Source: Heterodontus francisci (Eukaryota). From it: a stretch of DNA of 64,000 nucleotides. The number at the start of each line of letters is the position of its first letter. Positions within the stretch are counted from its first letter, which is position 1. The notes beneath the pieces are model-generated. The model saw only the letters and a program-made list of their open reading frames with translations, ran no database searches and was not told the origin of the DNA. The stretch covers positions 169,335,708 to 169,399,707 of the forward strand of contig NC_090374.1 of the NCBI RefSeq assembly GCF_036365525.1, in the 5' to 3' direction. The translations under genes and the position numbers were made by a program. Shown here in pieces: positions 47,700 through 59,699 of the stretch.

Positions 47700-47940
47700 G
47701 GGTTCAATTTTCACTCCCTTCACCTGTGGTGTGAATGGAGTGGGTAATGGCCAAGAAATAGGGTCCATTGCCTCACCCCCTCCTCCATTAACCTTGGCCA
47801 TGGGCACACTGCTGTTTGGGAAGGGGCCTAATGCCTGGTGTCCAAAGCACTATCTGTTTCAGGAATCAATCCATTTTTAATATGGAAATCAGGGTCCCGT
47901 GATGTAAATAGAGAATCCGATTGCCATTTAAAAAAGACTT
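47700..47940 (+). mobile_element. Probable Harbinger-like MITE left fragment
   Basis: Starts GGGTTCAATTTT (TIR-like). The internal CCATTTT...ATG(G/C)AAAT..GGG block is also seen at ~50270-50355. Confidence 0.4.
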
Positions 47941-47947
47941 CCATTAG

Positions 47948-48425
47948 AGAGGCAGAGAAGATTCACAAGAATGTTTCCAGAGATGAGGAACTTCTGTTAT
48001 GTGGATAGGTTGGAGAAGCTGGGGCTGTTCTCCTCCTTGGGGAAGAGATTAAGAGGAGATTTGATAGAGGTGTTCAAAATCATGAAGGGTCTGGGCAGAG
48101 TTGAGAGGGAGAAACTGCGGAAAGATCGAGAACCAGAGGACACTGTTTTAGGGTGATTGGCAAAAGAACCTACGGTAACATGAGGAAAAATGTTTTTATG
48201 CAGCGAGTGATTAGGATCTGGAATGCACTGTGTGAGAGTGTGGTGGAGGCAGATCCAATCATGGCTTTCAAAAGAGAATTGGATAATTATCTGAAGAGAA
48301 AAAATTTGCAGGGCTACAGGGAAAGGGCGAGGGAGTGCAACCAAATGAGTTGCTCTTGCAGAGAGCCAGCGTGGACACGACAGGCCAAATGGCTTCCTTC
48401 TGAGCTGTAACCATTCTATGATTTA
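47948..48425 (+). mobile_element. CR1 3' fragment
   Basis: YVDRLEKLGLFS..KRLRGDLIEVFKIMKG and FMQRVIRIWNAL. Ends ATTCTATGATT. Confidence 0.9.
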
Positions 48426-48459
48426 TATGCTGTCTTTCTGTCTTTCTTGAATACTGGAC

Positions 48460-49020
48460 GTGTCTAAGTGTTTACAGCCAATGAAGTGTAGTCACTGTTG
48501 TAATATAGAAAACGCAGCTGATATATGTGCATAACAAGCTCCCCACGAACATCAATGTCATAATGACTGGCTGTTTTATTGCTGTTGGTTGAGGGATAAA
48601 CATTGGCCAGGGCACCGGGGAGCACTCCTCTGTTCTTTAAAATAGTGTCATGAGATCTTTTTCATTCACCTCAAAGGGCAGACGGGACCTCCGGTGAATG
48701 TCTCATCTGAAAGACAGTACTTGTGATAGTGCGGCGCTCCCTCAGTACTAACCCTCCGACCATGTGGCGCTCTCTCAGGACTGACCCTCCGACCATGCGG
48801 CGCTCCCTCAGGACTGACCCTCCGATCGTGTGGCGCTCCCTCAGGACTGACCCTCTGACAGTGCGGCGCTCCCTCAGGACTGCCCCTCCGACCATGCGGC
48901 GCTCCCTCAGGACTGCCCCTCCGACAGTGCGGTGCTCCCTCAGGACTGCCCCTCCGACAGTGCGGCGCTCCCTCAGGACTGATCCTCCGACCGTGTGGCG
49001 CTCCCTCTAGTTCTGCACTT
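48460..49020 (-). mobile_element. Deu-SINE containing an internal tandem expansion
   Basis: SINE tail and core at 48460-48725 run directly into the 33-bp array. Confidence 0.8.
48727..49008. repeat. 33-bp minisatellite, about 8.5 copies (CCCTCCGACAGTGCGGCGCTCCCTCAGGACTGA)
   Basis: Seen directly. The ORF track shows the 11-aa periodicity. Confidence 0.95.
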
Positions 49021-50964
49021 TGGTACTGCACTCCACAATCATGTCCCTCTTTCCAGGCCGCTCCCACCTTGCTGGTGATCTCCTGGCCCAATCCTCAGGC
49101 CTGTTTTTCTCCTTGCAGCTCACCTGCCAGATTAATATTTCAATTCCAAAGTGTATGGTGCCAGTTTGTGGAAACCGCTAAACAGTTAAAAGGTTACTGG
49201 CAAGATGCAACTACCTGCATGATTGGGGTGTTTGCTTTGCTGATTTGATTGATTCCATTGATTTGATCAATAATGTTTTACATCTCTGGTCAGGTGAAAT
49301 CTCTAGGGACCTTCTCCGTTCCTGCTCTGTCCCCCTCTCAGTGCAATTCGTGCAAGTTAATTTTAAAAGCAATTAAACAACAAGAAAAATAATTGATTCT
49401 TGTCAGAGGGGCGTCAGCCAAAAGATGGCAACTGCTTGCTTAACCACCCTGGATTTAGAACAAGATCAGGCACAAATACTTTCCCCTCTGAGAGTGCATG
49501 CTCTGCAGATCTTGCTGATTGAATGGGAATCTTTGAGGGAATGGGTGCTGCTTCAACATGACGTACTCCAAAGTGTACCCTTTTGTTTTGCCCAATGAAC
49601 CCCTAGTGATCCAAGTGTATTCATTGAATCACTTTCTCAGGTTACAAACATGACCAAGGTATTTATCAGCATGTTATAATTCTTAGTGAATTGAAGGAAC
49701 AGCAAAATTAAAGCGTATTACCAGGGATTAAAAGAAGAAAATGAGCAATGGTGAAGATTTGCAAGGGTAACGTAGATATTAAAACTGATGGGCAACGATT
49801 AGTGAGCGTAAAGTGGGTCGAGCTGGCGTTCAAACATTGGGGTGGAAATGCTAAGTACATGTGGAAATGGAACAAGATTAGAATTGTTAATAATTTGTGT
49901 ACCCACAGTAACTGGTTCACATCTTCTCCCAGTTGGTTCCATGTCCAAAGAGCCCAATTATCCTTGGTAACACTGTAACAAGTCTAAATAAATATTATTT
50001 CTTAATGCCAGAGGGATATTCACATTGCCTGTCTTCATTATAAGCTACCTAAGGAACTAAAACCTGCTGAAAACAGCAGTATTCCCTCTCCGTCTCTGCT
50101 CATTGAGCAGTGCTACGCAAACCCTATTTACACTTGCCCAACTGGAGAATGTTAAAACACTCGGGCTGTTTGTCATTGGCTGAAGCCAGGGTTAAAAGAG
50201 GGGTAACGGACTTGCCAACGCGGGTGGAATAACCTTACCGCCACAAGATGGCAAACCTCCCCATCACCGCCATTTTGAACGGAGCTTTCCTTTGGACGTT
50301 CCGGTGCACTGCCTGCTTCAGGCAATAAACGGCTTAGTTATGCAAATTGGGGTTGTCAGATGCTGTTAGAATTCTGATTTGCAATTTTAAGGGCCACTTG
50401 CTCCACCCATGTGTCCGATATTGAGTGGTTTGAATGTTGGACCTGAAAAAGGTTCTCCAGTGAGATCCTCCAAGGGCTCCCTGGAACTTCCTCCACTTTA
50501 TATTTTAGTGAAGCCAGTAGGAGCGAGAGCAGGTAGTGCCTGACCTTCGATTCATGCCCCTGCCAACCCCTATCCACCACCTGTAGATCAGAGCACCATA
50601 TTCCCCCTCTGGCGCAGGAACCAACTGGAACTCCTTGGGCTCAAATCCAGCAAGTTGCAAATGCCACTTGACACTTAATGTTCGTTGGTTCAATTTAAAT
50701 GGCACCCCTCCACCTCCCCATCACAACCACCCAAAATGTCTTCAGCCTCTTGTGCCCTGACGGGGTGGGGGCGGGGAGCAATTGGTGTGTTTCCTCACCA
50801 GTCAACTGGCCAGATGTTCAAATCAACCCAAGTGTGTTTAAATGTACCAACACCAGCTCTAGGGTATATTTAATGATTCAAGCTATCTGAATATTTCAGC
50901 CGTAATAGAAAAAGAATGATTTGTTTCCTGAGTCTGGTACTTGTCAGTGGAATTGCTAAAGCAA

Positions 50965-51095
50965 TGAAGAACTTGCATTTCTGTGGTGCTTTTCACTATC
51001 TCAGGATGTCCCAGAGTGCTCTGCAGTCAGTGAATTACCTTTGAAGTGTAGTCACTGTTGTAATGTAGGAAACGCAGCAGCCAATTTGTGCATAT
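50965..51095 (-). mobile_element. Deu-SINE 3' fragment
   Basis: GAAGTGTAGTCACTGTTGTAATGTAGGAAACGCAGCAGCCAATTTG. Confidence 0.8.
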
Positions 51096-51879
51096 TGTCC
51101 CTCGATGGCCGAAATGTCATTGGAAGAGGAACAAGTTAAATCTTGAATTAGTGAAAGGCGTTCACTTGCTGCGAAGGGTGAAGCTGCTACAGTACAGAAC
51201 AGGTGAAAGAAAGAGGGACTGCAGACAGTCCCAAACACAACCTCTGGGTACAGGTGCAGGGAAAAGTCACACCTGCCACTCCAACAGGGGCTTATACGCA
51301 ATATGCTCCATGTTCTGCCATCTGATACTGGGAATGTGGAAGGGCAGAAGTCAGTATATCCAGATGTCCTACAACAGTGTAGCCTTGGACATAGTTTCCT
51401 TCATTTGCTAATGTGAGCAAAATATACCTGGCGTGAGTGTAAAAAGGTCTCCACACTTTATTCTTCTACTCACTTGCTGCTAAAGTTACTGAACAGAGGG
51501 AAATGTACATGAGCATTAGAAAATTATCTCCAGAAATCAGCATCTTGCAGGTACTGAGCGCAACTCGTGCCAATAAGCAGCAGCTTGGCTCCACCATTTA
51601 CTGTTTTTTGAAACATGGATCTAGGCTGGGTCATTCCTTCAGACCGGTTAACACTTTCTAAACAGCGTGTATGATTTTCAACTTGCTCCCTGGGTGTGAA
51701 ACTGGCATTTCAGAGTGACTGCCCTTTTATTGAAAGCCCCTGGTTTCCGTTTCCATCGCCCGGTGTCGAGAATAGGCTGTCGATTCACAATTCCGGTATC
51801 GAGAACAGGTGGCAAGATGAAAATCAAACCCAGTACCATTGTATCATGTTTAAAGAAAGTATGAGATTATGGTAGTCCA

Positions 51880-52500
51880 GCAACAACAATTTTCATCTGT
51901 ATAGAGACTTTAACATAATAAAACATCCCAAGGTGCTTCACAGGAGTGCTATCAAACTAAAATTTGACACTAAACCAGGTAAAATGATATTAGGACAGGT
52001 GAGAGGTAGCTTTTATGGAGTGTCTTAAAGGAAAGAGAGAGGGATAGAGAGGCGGAGAGGTTTAGGAAGAGAATTCAAGAGAGCTAGGAGCCTCGGCAGC
52101 AGAAGGCACGGCCACCAATGATGGAGCAATGGAAGTTGGGGATGCACAAGAGGTCAATTATCTTGGAGGGTTGTAGGACTGGAAGAGGTTACAGAGGTAG
52201 GGAGGGGATGAAACCATGGAGGGATTTAAAAACAAGGATGAAGAGTTTTAAAATTGAGGCCTTGCTGGACCAGAAGCCAGTGCAGGTCAATGAGCATGGG
52301 GGTGATGGGTGAATGGGACTTGGTGTGAGTTATGACAGCAGAGTTTTGGATGAGCTCAAGTCTACAAAGGGTGGAAGTTGAGGGGCGGCCAGGAGTGTGT
52401 TGGAATAGTCGAGTCTGGAGGTGACAATGGGAAGGATGAGGGTTTCAGCAGCAGATGGGTTAAGGCAGCAGTAGAGACGGGTGATATTACAGAGGTATAA
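51880..52500 (-). mobile_element. L2 3' fragment
   Basis: Minus translation AAETLILPIVTSRLDYSNTLLA plus the L2 tail. Confidence 0.88.
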
Positions 52501-53574
52501 ATAGTTCTGTATTGTGTTGTGAGAATACGGATATGGGCACATTCCATATTTTGTTTTGTGCCTGTTCATTTCCGAGATGGCTTCCCTTGTGTTCTGTTAG
52601 GTGTTAGTGGTAACACCATCCCCCAGGAATGTGCTAATGAACTCCAGGAAAAAGAACAATGCTAACTAACTACACTAAACCTTCACTTACTGGGCTGCAC
52701 AGCGTAAACACATTCCGGGAGGTGTTTAAACTCAACCTGTACAATATCATACCACTGATTGCTGCTATTTCTTTCACTTGAACGCGCAAAAGCTGTTCAA
52801 GGTACTTGAAAGAGAATAGTGAACGTGGGTCCAACACTTTTATGCCTCTTATAATCCACACACCCTCTGCTTCTTTGGAAAAAAAAGTCTGATGGAACTT
52901 TCCTGCTAAATGTTTGGGAGGTAAAAACACCCAGCTTTTCAAAGAACTAAGTAAGGAGATTCGATTGGTTTGTAATATGTTTTCAATGGCTGTAGCACAG
53001 GGAGAAAAAGAGGATATATGCTGTTTAAAAGAAACCTTTGAGTTGTAAATGCTTTTCTGTAAGATGTATAAGATATTAGCCTTGGAATTCCCCAGACTTT
53101 GTAAAAACAAGATGGCTGTGTGTGTGCAGCAGTCAAGGGACAAGTGGCGAGACAAGCAGAGAGACAAAAGAGCCCCTGAGAAGGCAGCTGCAAGTTTTTC
53201 TGCTTGTGGTTTGTAGTACAGCTGGTTTCAAATGTGTCAGCCTTGTTCTGCCGAGTTTGCCACAGTTCAATTGCCAGAATGTGAATGTCACAGCTGGTAA
53301 TACTTACTGTATCTGCTGTAAAGTATGTGATTCATTAGCTGGAACCTTCTGGATTTTGTGCCAAACTAGTCGTGTTTTCATTAGGATGTGGTAAAATCAG
53401 GGTAGGGGGTGAAACATGTCCTGAAATCTGTAACTGTTTAATTCTGTACCACAATCAAGTTTTTTTTTAATAAAAATTGAAGCCTGCATAAATATTAGAG
53501 TTACTGTTCCTTGGATGCGACATAATTTTGCCGAGTTCTTTGTGTGAGTTTTGTAATATGTCTTAAGAGTGAAA

Positions 53575-53770
53575 ATACAGATTCTTTACTCAGAGTGCTG
53601 AGAATGTGGAACTCGTTACCACATGGAGTGGTGGAGATGAATAACACAGATGCATTTAAAGGGAAGCTGGATAAACACATGATGGAGAAAGGGAAAGCAG
53701 GATATGCTGATAGGCTATGTAGAGTAGAGTGGGAGGAGACTCGTGGACCATAAGTGCCAGCATACATCAG
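53575..53770 (+). mobile_element. CR1 3' fragment
   Basis: RVLRMWNSLPHGVVEMNNTDAFKGKLDKHM. Confidence 0.85.
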
Positions 53771-53784
53771 TTGGACTGTATCAG

Positions 53785-55470
53785 GTACTGTGGGTCATCA
53801 GCAGCAGCAGAATTGTATTCCATCACAATCTGTAACCTCGTGGCCCACCATATCCCCCACTCTACCATTACCACCAAGCCAGCGGATCTGCCCTGGTTCA
53901 ATGAAGAGTGTAGGAGAGCAGGTCAGGAGTAGCACCAGACATACCTAAAAATGAGGTGCCAACCTGTTGAAGCTACAACATAAGACTACGTGCATGCTAA
54001 ACAGCAGAAGCAGCATGCAATAGACAAAGCTAAGTGATCCCACAGTTAATGGATCAGATCAAAACTCTGCAGTCCTGCCACATCCAGCCGTGAATGGTGG
54101 TGGGCAATTAAAAAAACTAACATCCCCATCCTCAACGATGATGGAGCTCAGTGCAAAAGACAAGGCTGAACCATTTGCAAGCATCTTCAGTCAGATATAC
54201 CAAGTGGATGTTCTATCTTGGCCTCCTCCTGAGGTCCTCACCATCATAGATGCCAGTCTTCAATCAATTCGATTCACTCCACATGATATCAAGAAACAGT
54301 TGAGTACACTCGATACAGCAAAGGCTATGGGCCCCAACAACATCCTGTAATGCTGAAGACGTGTGCTCCAGAATGAGCTGTGCCCCTAGCCAAGCTGTTC
54401 CAGTACAGCTACAACATTGGCATCTACCTGACGATGTGGAAATCCAATCTGGTCAATTACCGCCCCATAGCCTGCTTTTGATCATCAGCGAAGTGGTGGA
54501 AGGTGTCATCAACAGTGCTCTCAAGCAGCACTTACTCAGCTGCTCACTGATACTCAGCTGGGCTTCATCAGGGCCCCTCAGCTCCAGACCTCATTACGAC
54601 CTTGGTCCAAACATGGAAAAAGAGCTGAATTCCGGAGGTGAGGTGAGAGTGACAGAACTTCACGTCAAGGCAGCATTTCAGCTCAGTCCCAGGACATCAC
54701 TGCAGGAGTTCCTCAGGCAAGTGTCCTGGCCCCAACCATCTTCAGTTGCTTCATCAATGACCTTCCCTCCATCATAAGGTCAGAAGTGGGGATGTTCACT
54801 GATGATTGCACAATGTTCAGTACCATTCACGACTCCTCAGATACTGAAGCAGACTGTGTCAAGATGCAGCAAGACGTGGACAACAGCCAGGCTTAGGCTA
54901 ATTAGTGGCAAGTAACATTTGTGCCACACAAGTGCCAGGCAATGGCCATCTCAAACTGGAAAGAATCTAACCATCTCCCCTTGATGTTCAACAACCTCAT
55001 CGCTGAATCCCTCACAATCAACATTCCGGGGGTTACCATTGACCAGAAATTGAACTGGAGCAGCCACATAAATGCTGTGGCTACAAGAGCAGATCAGAGG
55101 CTGGGAATTCTGCGCTGAGTAACCTTCTGACTCTCCAAAGCCTGTCCACTGTCTACAAGGCACAAGTCAGGAGTGTGATGGAATACTCTCCACTTACCAG
55201 GATGAGTGCAGCTCCAGCAACACTCAGGAAGATCTGCACCATCCAGGACAAAGCTGCCCGCTTGATTGGCACCCCATTCACGACCTTAAACAAACATTCA
55301 CTCCCTCCGCCACCGACACACAGTGTCTCAAAGACTTCTTCAACAGCACCTACCAAACCTGCAACTGCCACCACCTAGAAGAACAAGGACAGCAGATATA
55401 TGGGAACACCACCACCTCTAAGTCACACACCATCCCCATTTGGGACATAAGTCACTGTGCCTTTATTGTT
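53785..55470 (+). mobile_element. Decayed Jockey-group (CR1/L2-related) LINE ORF2 with internal deletions
   Basis: PWFNEECRRA, LDTAKAMGPNNI, NYRP, FINDLPS..MFTDD, GVTIDQKLNWSSHIN, MEYSPL. Confidence 0.88.
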
Positions 55471-55744
55471 GCTATAAGTAAGGGCACACCTCCTGCATTA
55501 GTCCTTCTATCCCTGGAGAATGTGGGAATATTGCAGAATATTCCAATTAAATGCAGAAGGAAAGAGTTGTTTGGGACAACACTCACTTGGTGATCTGGAC
55601 TCGACCAGTTCTCATAAACAATGGACTTGATGCCACTGCTGAATTAATCAACTCACTAAATCTTCATGATTTTCCGTTATACAATTTGATGTTTCCTCTG
55701 CTGAAATGCTCAATGTGTACATAAACATTCATGCTGTCATGTGT

Positions 55745-55918
55745 CTCTCAGTCTCTCTCTCCCTGTTGAAGATGCTCCTTAAAACCTCCCTCTTTGACCA
55801 AGCTTTTGGTCACTACTCTGAATTTCTGTTTATGCTGCTTTGTGTCAAATGTTTACCTAATAATGTTCCTGTGAAGTGCCTTCAAATATTTTACTGCATT
55901 AAAAGTGCTACATAAATG
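55745..55918 (+). mobile_element. L2 3' tail
   Basis: TTTGACCAAGCTTTTGGTCAC...GTGCTACATAAATG. The terminal AATGCAAGTTGTTGTTG appears at ~56850. Confidence 0.75.
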
Positions 55919-56830
55919 CAAAAGCAAAATACTGCAGATACTGGAAATCTGAGATTAAAAACAGAAAATGCTGGAAACGGTTTAGTCTGTACAGCATTCG
56001 TGGAGATGAAAGTGGTAACGGGGGTAATTTTGCCAGGCTTTGCAGGCCGGCGGGTGGTGGTGAAGGAGCAAGAAAAGTCAGAAAAAGTGACGTCCGACAG
56101 GAATGCCAACGTAATTCCACCACCTCCAGCTTTTCCCGGAGGCAGTTTCTGTGTGCTGACGGCAACCCGCCCAGCAGTGGCGGGAAGCCAATTGAGCCGT
56201 TCATGAATCAATCAACAAACATTTTCCAAGGGCAATGGAATTTTACTGGTGGTGCCTGGGACCCCTGCAGTGTCTGCTGCTCATGAACTCACAGGAGGCA
56301 AGTGCACAGCAGGAGGGCAGAGCATCATGAAAATAAGATGCAATCTTCATGTTAAAGATGCAAATCAGCAGAGGCTTGCCATTACAGAATTATCTCCTGG
56401 AGACGGATGCCACGGGATAGTGCTGGTGAAGAGGTCGTGGCCATTTTCTCCAGTTGTTTCATGCCTCCATTTCGTCCCCCTCTCCCTCGTCCCATTCACT
56501 TTCGCAGCACTCTCACTGCAGACACAGTGAAGGTGCTGGCTGTCCTTGCAATCATAAAGACATAGGAGCAGGTGTAGACTATACGGCCCCTTGAACTTGC
56601 TCCATATTGCGCTGAATTGCCCACCCGTCTCCTCAACTATCCCTCCCTCTGATTGCACAGCGATCCTGGAGGTGCCCTCTTAATTGGATGCCTCCCAGGC
56701 GATTGTACCAGCAGTCCACTGCTGTGGAAATCTGATTTGCGACACAAAATGGTCCCGCTGTTCAGAAAAAAAACCTGATGTGGGAAAATTCAATATGACA
56801 TTTCAGGTCGATGACCTTTTGTCAGAATAG
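55919..56830 (-). mobile_element. Penelope-like terminal repeat split by a MITE (parts 55919-56019 and ~56797-56830)
   Basis: AAAGCAAAATACTGCAGATACTGGAAATCTGA is the near reverse complement of ~4222-4254. Resumes ACATTTCAGGTCGATGACCTTTTGTCAGAA. Confidence 0.65.
56020..56796 (+). mobile_element. Older Harbinger-like MITE
   Basis: Left GGGGGTAATTTT, right GAAAATTCAAT (decayed). Internal GCCAATTGAGCC as in 24817-25592. Confidence 0.5.
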
Positions 56831-58984
56831 CAAGTTATTGGATATCAGAAATGCAAGTTGTTGTTGATGTTGCCTAATACTATCTCTATCACATACATGT
56901 ATAAACACATAGGTAGGCCTGTTACAATTTAGTATTCTAGCAATGATGTGAAATTACATTTGCAGAAGAACTACAATATTACAACAAGCACAATATTTAC
57001 ACATGACTCAACCTTGAGGGGAGGAGACTGTGTATTTTCTAAAGCACAGGGATGTAGAGACTGCATACAATGCTGAGGAAGGTTTCATTCCTAAAAGGTC
57101 TGTCTTGTTCTCTCCACAGGTATAGCTTGATCTCCTGAATGTCTCCTGTCGTTTCTGTTTTTATTGATGTAGAGATTAGTCTGGTGTGGTGCATTAACAC
57201 ACTTTAAGTCCTTGGGTTTCAATCCAGTCTTGACTAATAGGAGGAAATGAGCTCGGGTAGTGCTGACTTATTGACTGGAGTGAGAAGGTCCAAACTCAAA
57301 GCTTTGTACAGTTCAGTACTAACGGCACTCAGAGAGGCAAAAGGATCAGCTGATTTGGGATATGGAAAAATTCACTCTGGGCTCATTAAGAGGAGGGCAG
57401 TGCTATTCTGAGGTATTGATTGAAATTTGGATTAAGGAACGTTGAAGAACATCTGGGTTAAGGGTCGGGGAAAGTTTGGATTAAGTATTTTGGGGAAGAT
57501 TTCACTTGAGTTAAATATCTCTGCCCAGGCTGCTCTTCTGAGTATTCGAGACCTTATTCGAGAGCAGCACCTGTGGAAAAATACTGAGCCCACTGTATAA
57601 ATCAGTGAATTAACATACACTGATTTCCCAGATAACTCCACCATTGTTAATCCAACGTTCTTAGTCAGTCAATTCTCCAATTCAATAATTCAGCCAATGA
57701 GGTTATCAGCATCAACTGTGTAAACAAAACAGAAATCAACAGGCAAACAGGAATAATCAAATCAAAATTTAAGTGTCCAATCTGTGTAACTGCTTGTTAT
57801 AAAGGGATGCTGATGGTGAGATACTAACTCTTTAAAATTCATTTACTGACATAAAGCTGCCTGCACAGAATCTTTTTATGGAGGGGGTTTAACACTCTAA
57901 ATTGCACATTGTATTGTCGCTAATGTCACAATATTAATGAAATTTGAGCATTTGAATGTAAATTCTTTGGATGTTCCGAAGTTGTTGTTTGTGACTGTTA
58001 GAAGAACGTTCGTATAAATACTGGGAACTATGACATGCCAGAAGCCTGGTATTCTTGGAATTGTTTTTCAAGTGCTGTATTGGAAATGCCAACATGTAGA
58101 CTTTGGAGCAGAGTTTCCGTTGATATAAGGAAAGTTCTCCTGGATTACAATGATAATGACAATAAATTGACAGTCTGACGATTGGTGGATTCTATTTCTG
58201 TGAACCTTGCACTGTTAGATTGTAACTGATTATGAAGCTGCAATATAAATACGCCACAGTAATAATTTGCATTTACACTGCTTCCTGCTGCCTGGAAGAG
58301 GATCCTGGAGAGATTTACAAGAGGAACAGAGAGCCTTCAATCAAGGGATGGGAAAGATTAAGGGGAGGGAACTAAATGCAAGATCATAGAGAGTTTATTA
58401 GGAGACATTTGATCAAAGATGGAGGTAGCAAGATGAAGTGGAATATTTATCTTCTACATTCTTGTAGTTTCAAATTTCAAAGTACTATATTTTTCAAGGC
58501 TGCAAAATATGGCTCCTAATTGACCTTTCTCTCTGCTAGTGGGAGTGCAACCTTTGTTGCCACTTTACAGATGTTGGCATCATTACTTTAAACTAGTCAG
58601 TCTCCTGTGATGTTGTACACAATAAGTCCAAGAATATAGTCTCTCACATTTCTCTTCCCAGTGCTGCCTGTTTCTCTTTATCTTTCCTCCTACTTCTGAT
58701 TTTGTCTGCTGAGCTCTTTTTGCTCTTCTCCTGCTCTCTCTGGTCACGGAGGAGTCTGGGATGTTGGCTGATAGATATGATGTTGAGTACAGCAATGCCT
58801 GGAGAACAGCCATCTCACGGACACCAGTCCTTTGATGTTGGTGGGGAGGACCTTGCAGGGTCGAATAGCTTGAGATTGGCCAAGTCTTGTCCTGATCTGA
58901 TGCTTTATCACTGCAGATGGGACCACCTGATATTTATCATATTGCAGCAATTGTTTTATAACTGAATTGTTTGTCAAGGCACAT

Positions 58985-59190
58985 CAGACTGGCATTAAAA
59001 ATCAACCACATATTGTGGAACCAGAGTCATGTCTAAGTCAATCAATCGCAGGGTACTTAGGACATTAGTTGGTATTTTTACAGCAATCTGGTAGCTTAAT
59101 GATCATTTGTCCTGGTGCCAACCCATAAACTACCAGATTTATCGAATTCAATTTCACTAGTTGCCTTAGTGGAATTTGAATTCACACCTC
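58985..59190 (-). mobile_element. Old copy of the tRNA-SINE family seen at 27788-28622
   Basis: GGACATTAGT...TTTTTACAGCAATC...CCAGATTTAT..AATTCAATTT..GTGGAATTTGAA. Confidence 0.6.
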
Positions 59191-59699
59191 TGAGCTACAA
59201 CAGGAATGTAATCATTAAACTGTCATTTTTTTTCCATTTTTTTAGTCTCTCAGGCAACATAAATTTTTACCTGAAAAAAACTTTGGAAATTTGTCCTCCA
59301 GCTTTTATTCGGAATAATTATGAATAAAAAAGAGCAGAATTTGCTAGAAGCTGAAGGAAAATATTCCACCACTGCAGTTGCCTGATGCATCCTGGGAAAC
59401 TATGTACACTGCACATGCTCAGATTCCACAATTAAACTTAAGTTCTGGGCAAAAATATCATGATAAAGCTCGTGCTTATAAGAAAGAGTGAGAACTTAAA
59501 GTTAAAAACTCTAATGATGACATTAAAGGACACAAAAGACAATAAGTAGATACATTTTGAAATCTTTTAGTTTAAACACTTATTTTGAACAATTAGAAAT
59601 TTCAGTTACGCAGGAGAAAAGGCAATATATAAGTTTCAATGATAAATCTGCTCCCTTGTCACCTGGTGGCCAGAGTCTGTAATAACATGCAGACTCAAA

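Noticed and set aside
48727-49008. CRISPR-like appearance of 33-bp repeats
   Set aside because: Units are head-to-tail with no unique spacers, derive from a SINE, and there are no cas genes. The context is eukaryotic.
48666-49091. 141-aa ORF with an 11-aa repeat
   Set aside because: It is a translation of the 33-bp array and has no gene context.
52670-53167. 165-aa minus-strand ORF
   Set aside because: No recognisable motif and a non-ATG start. Compatible with a chance ORF.
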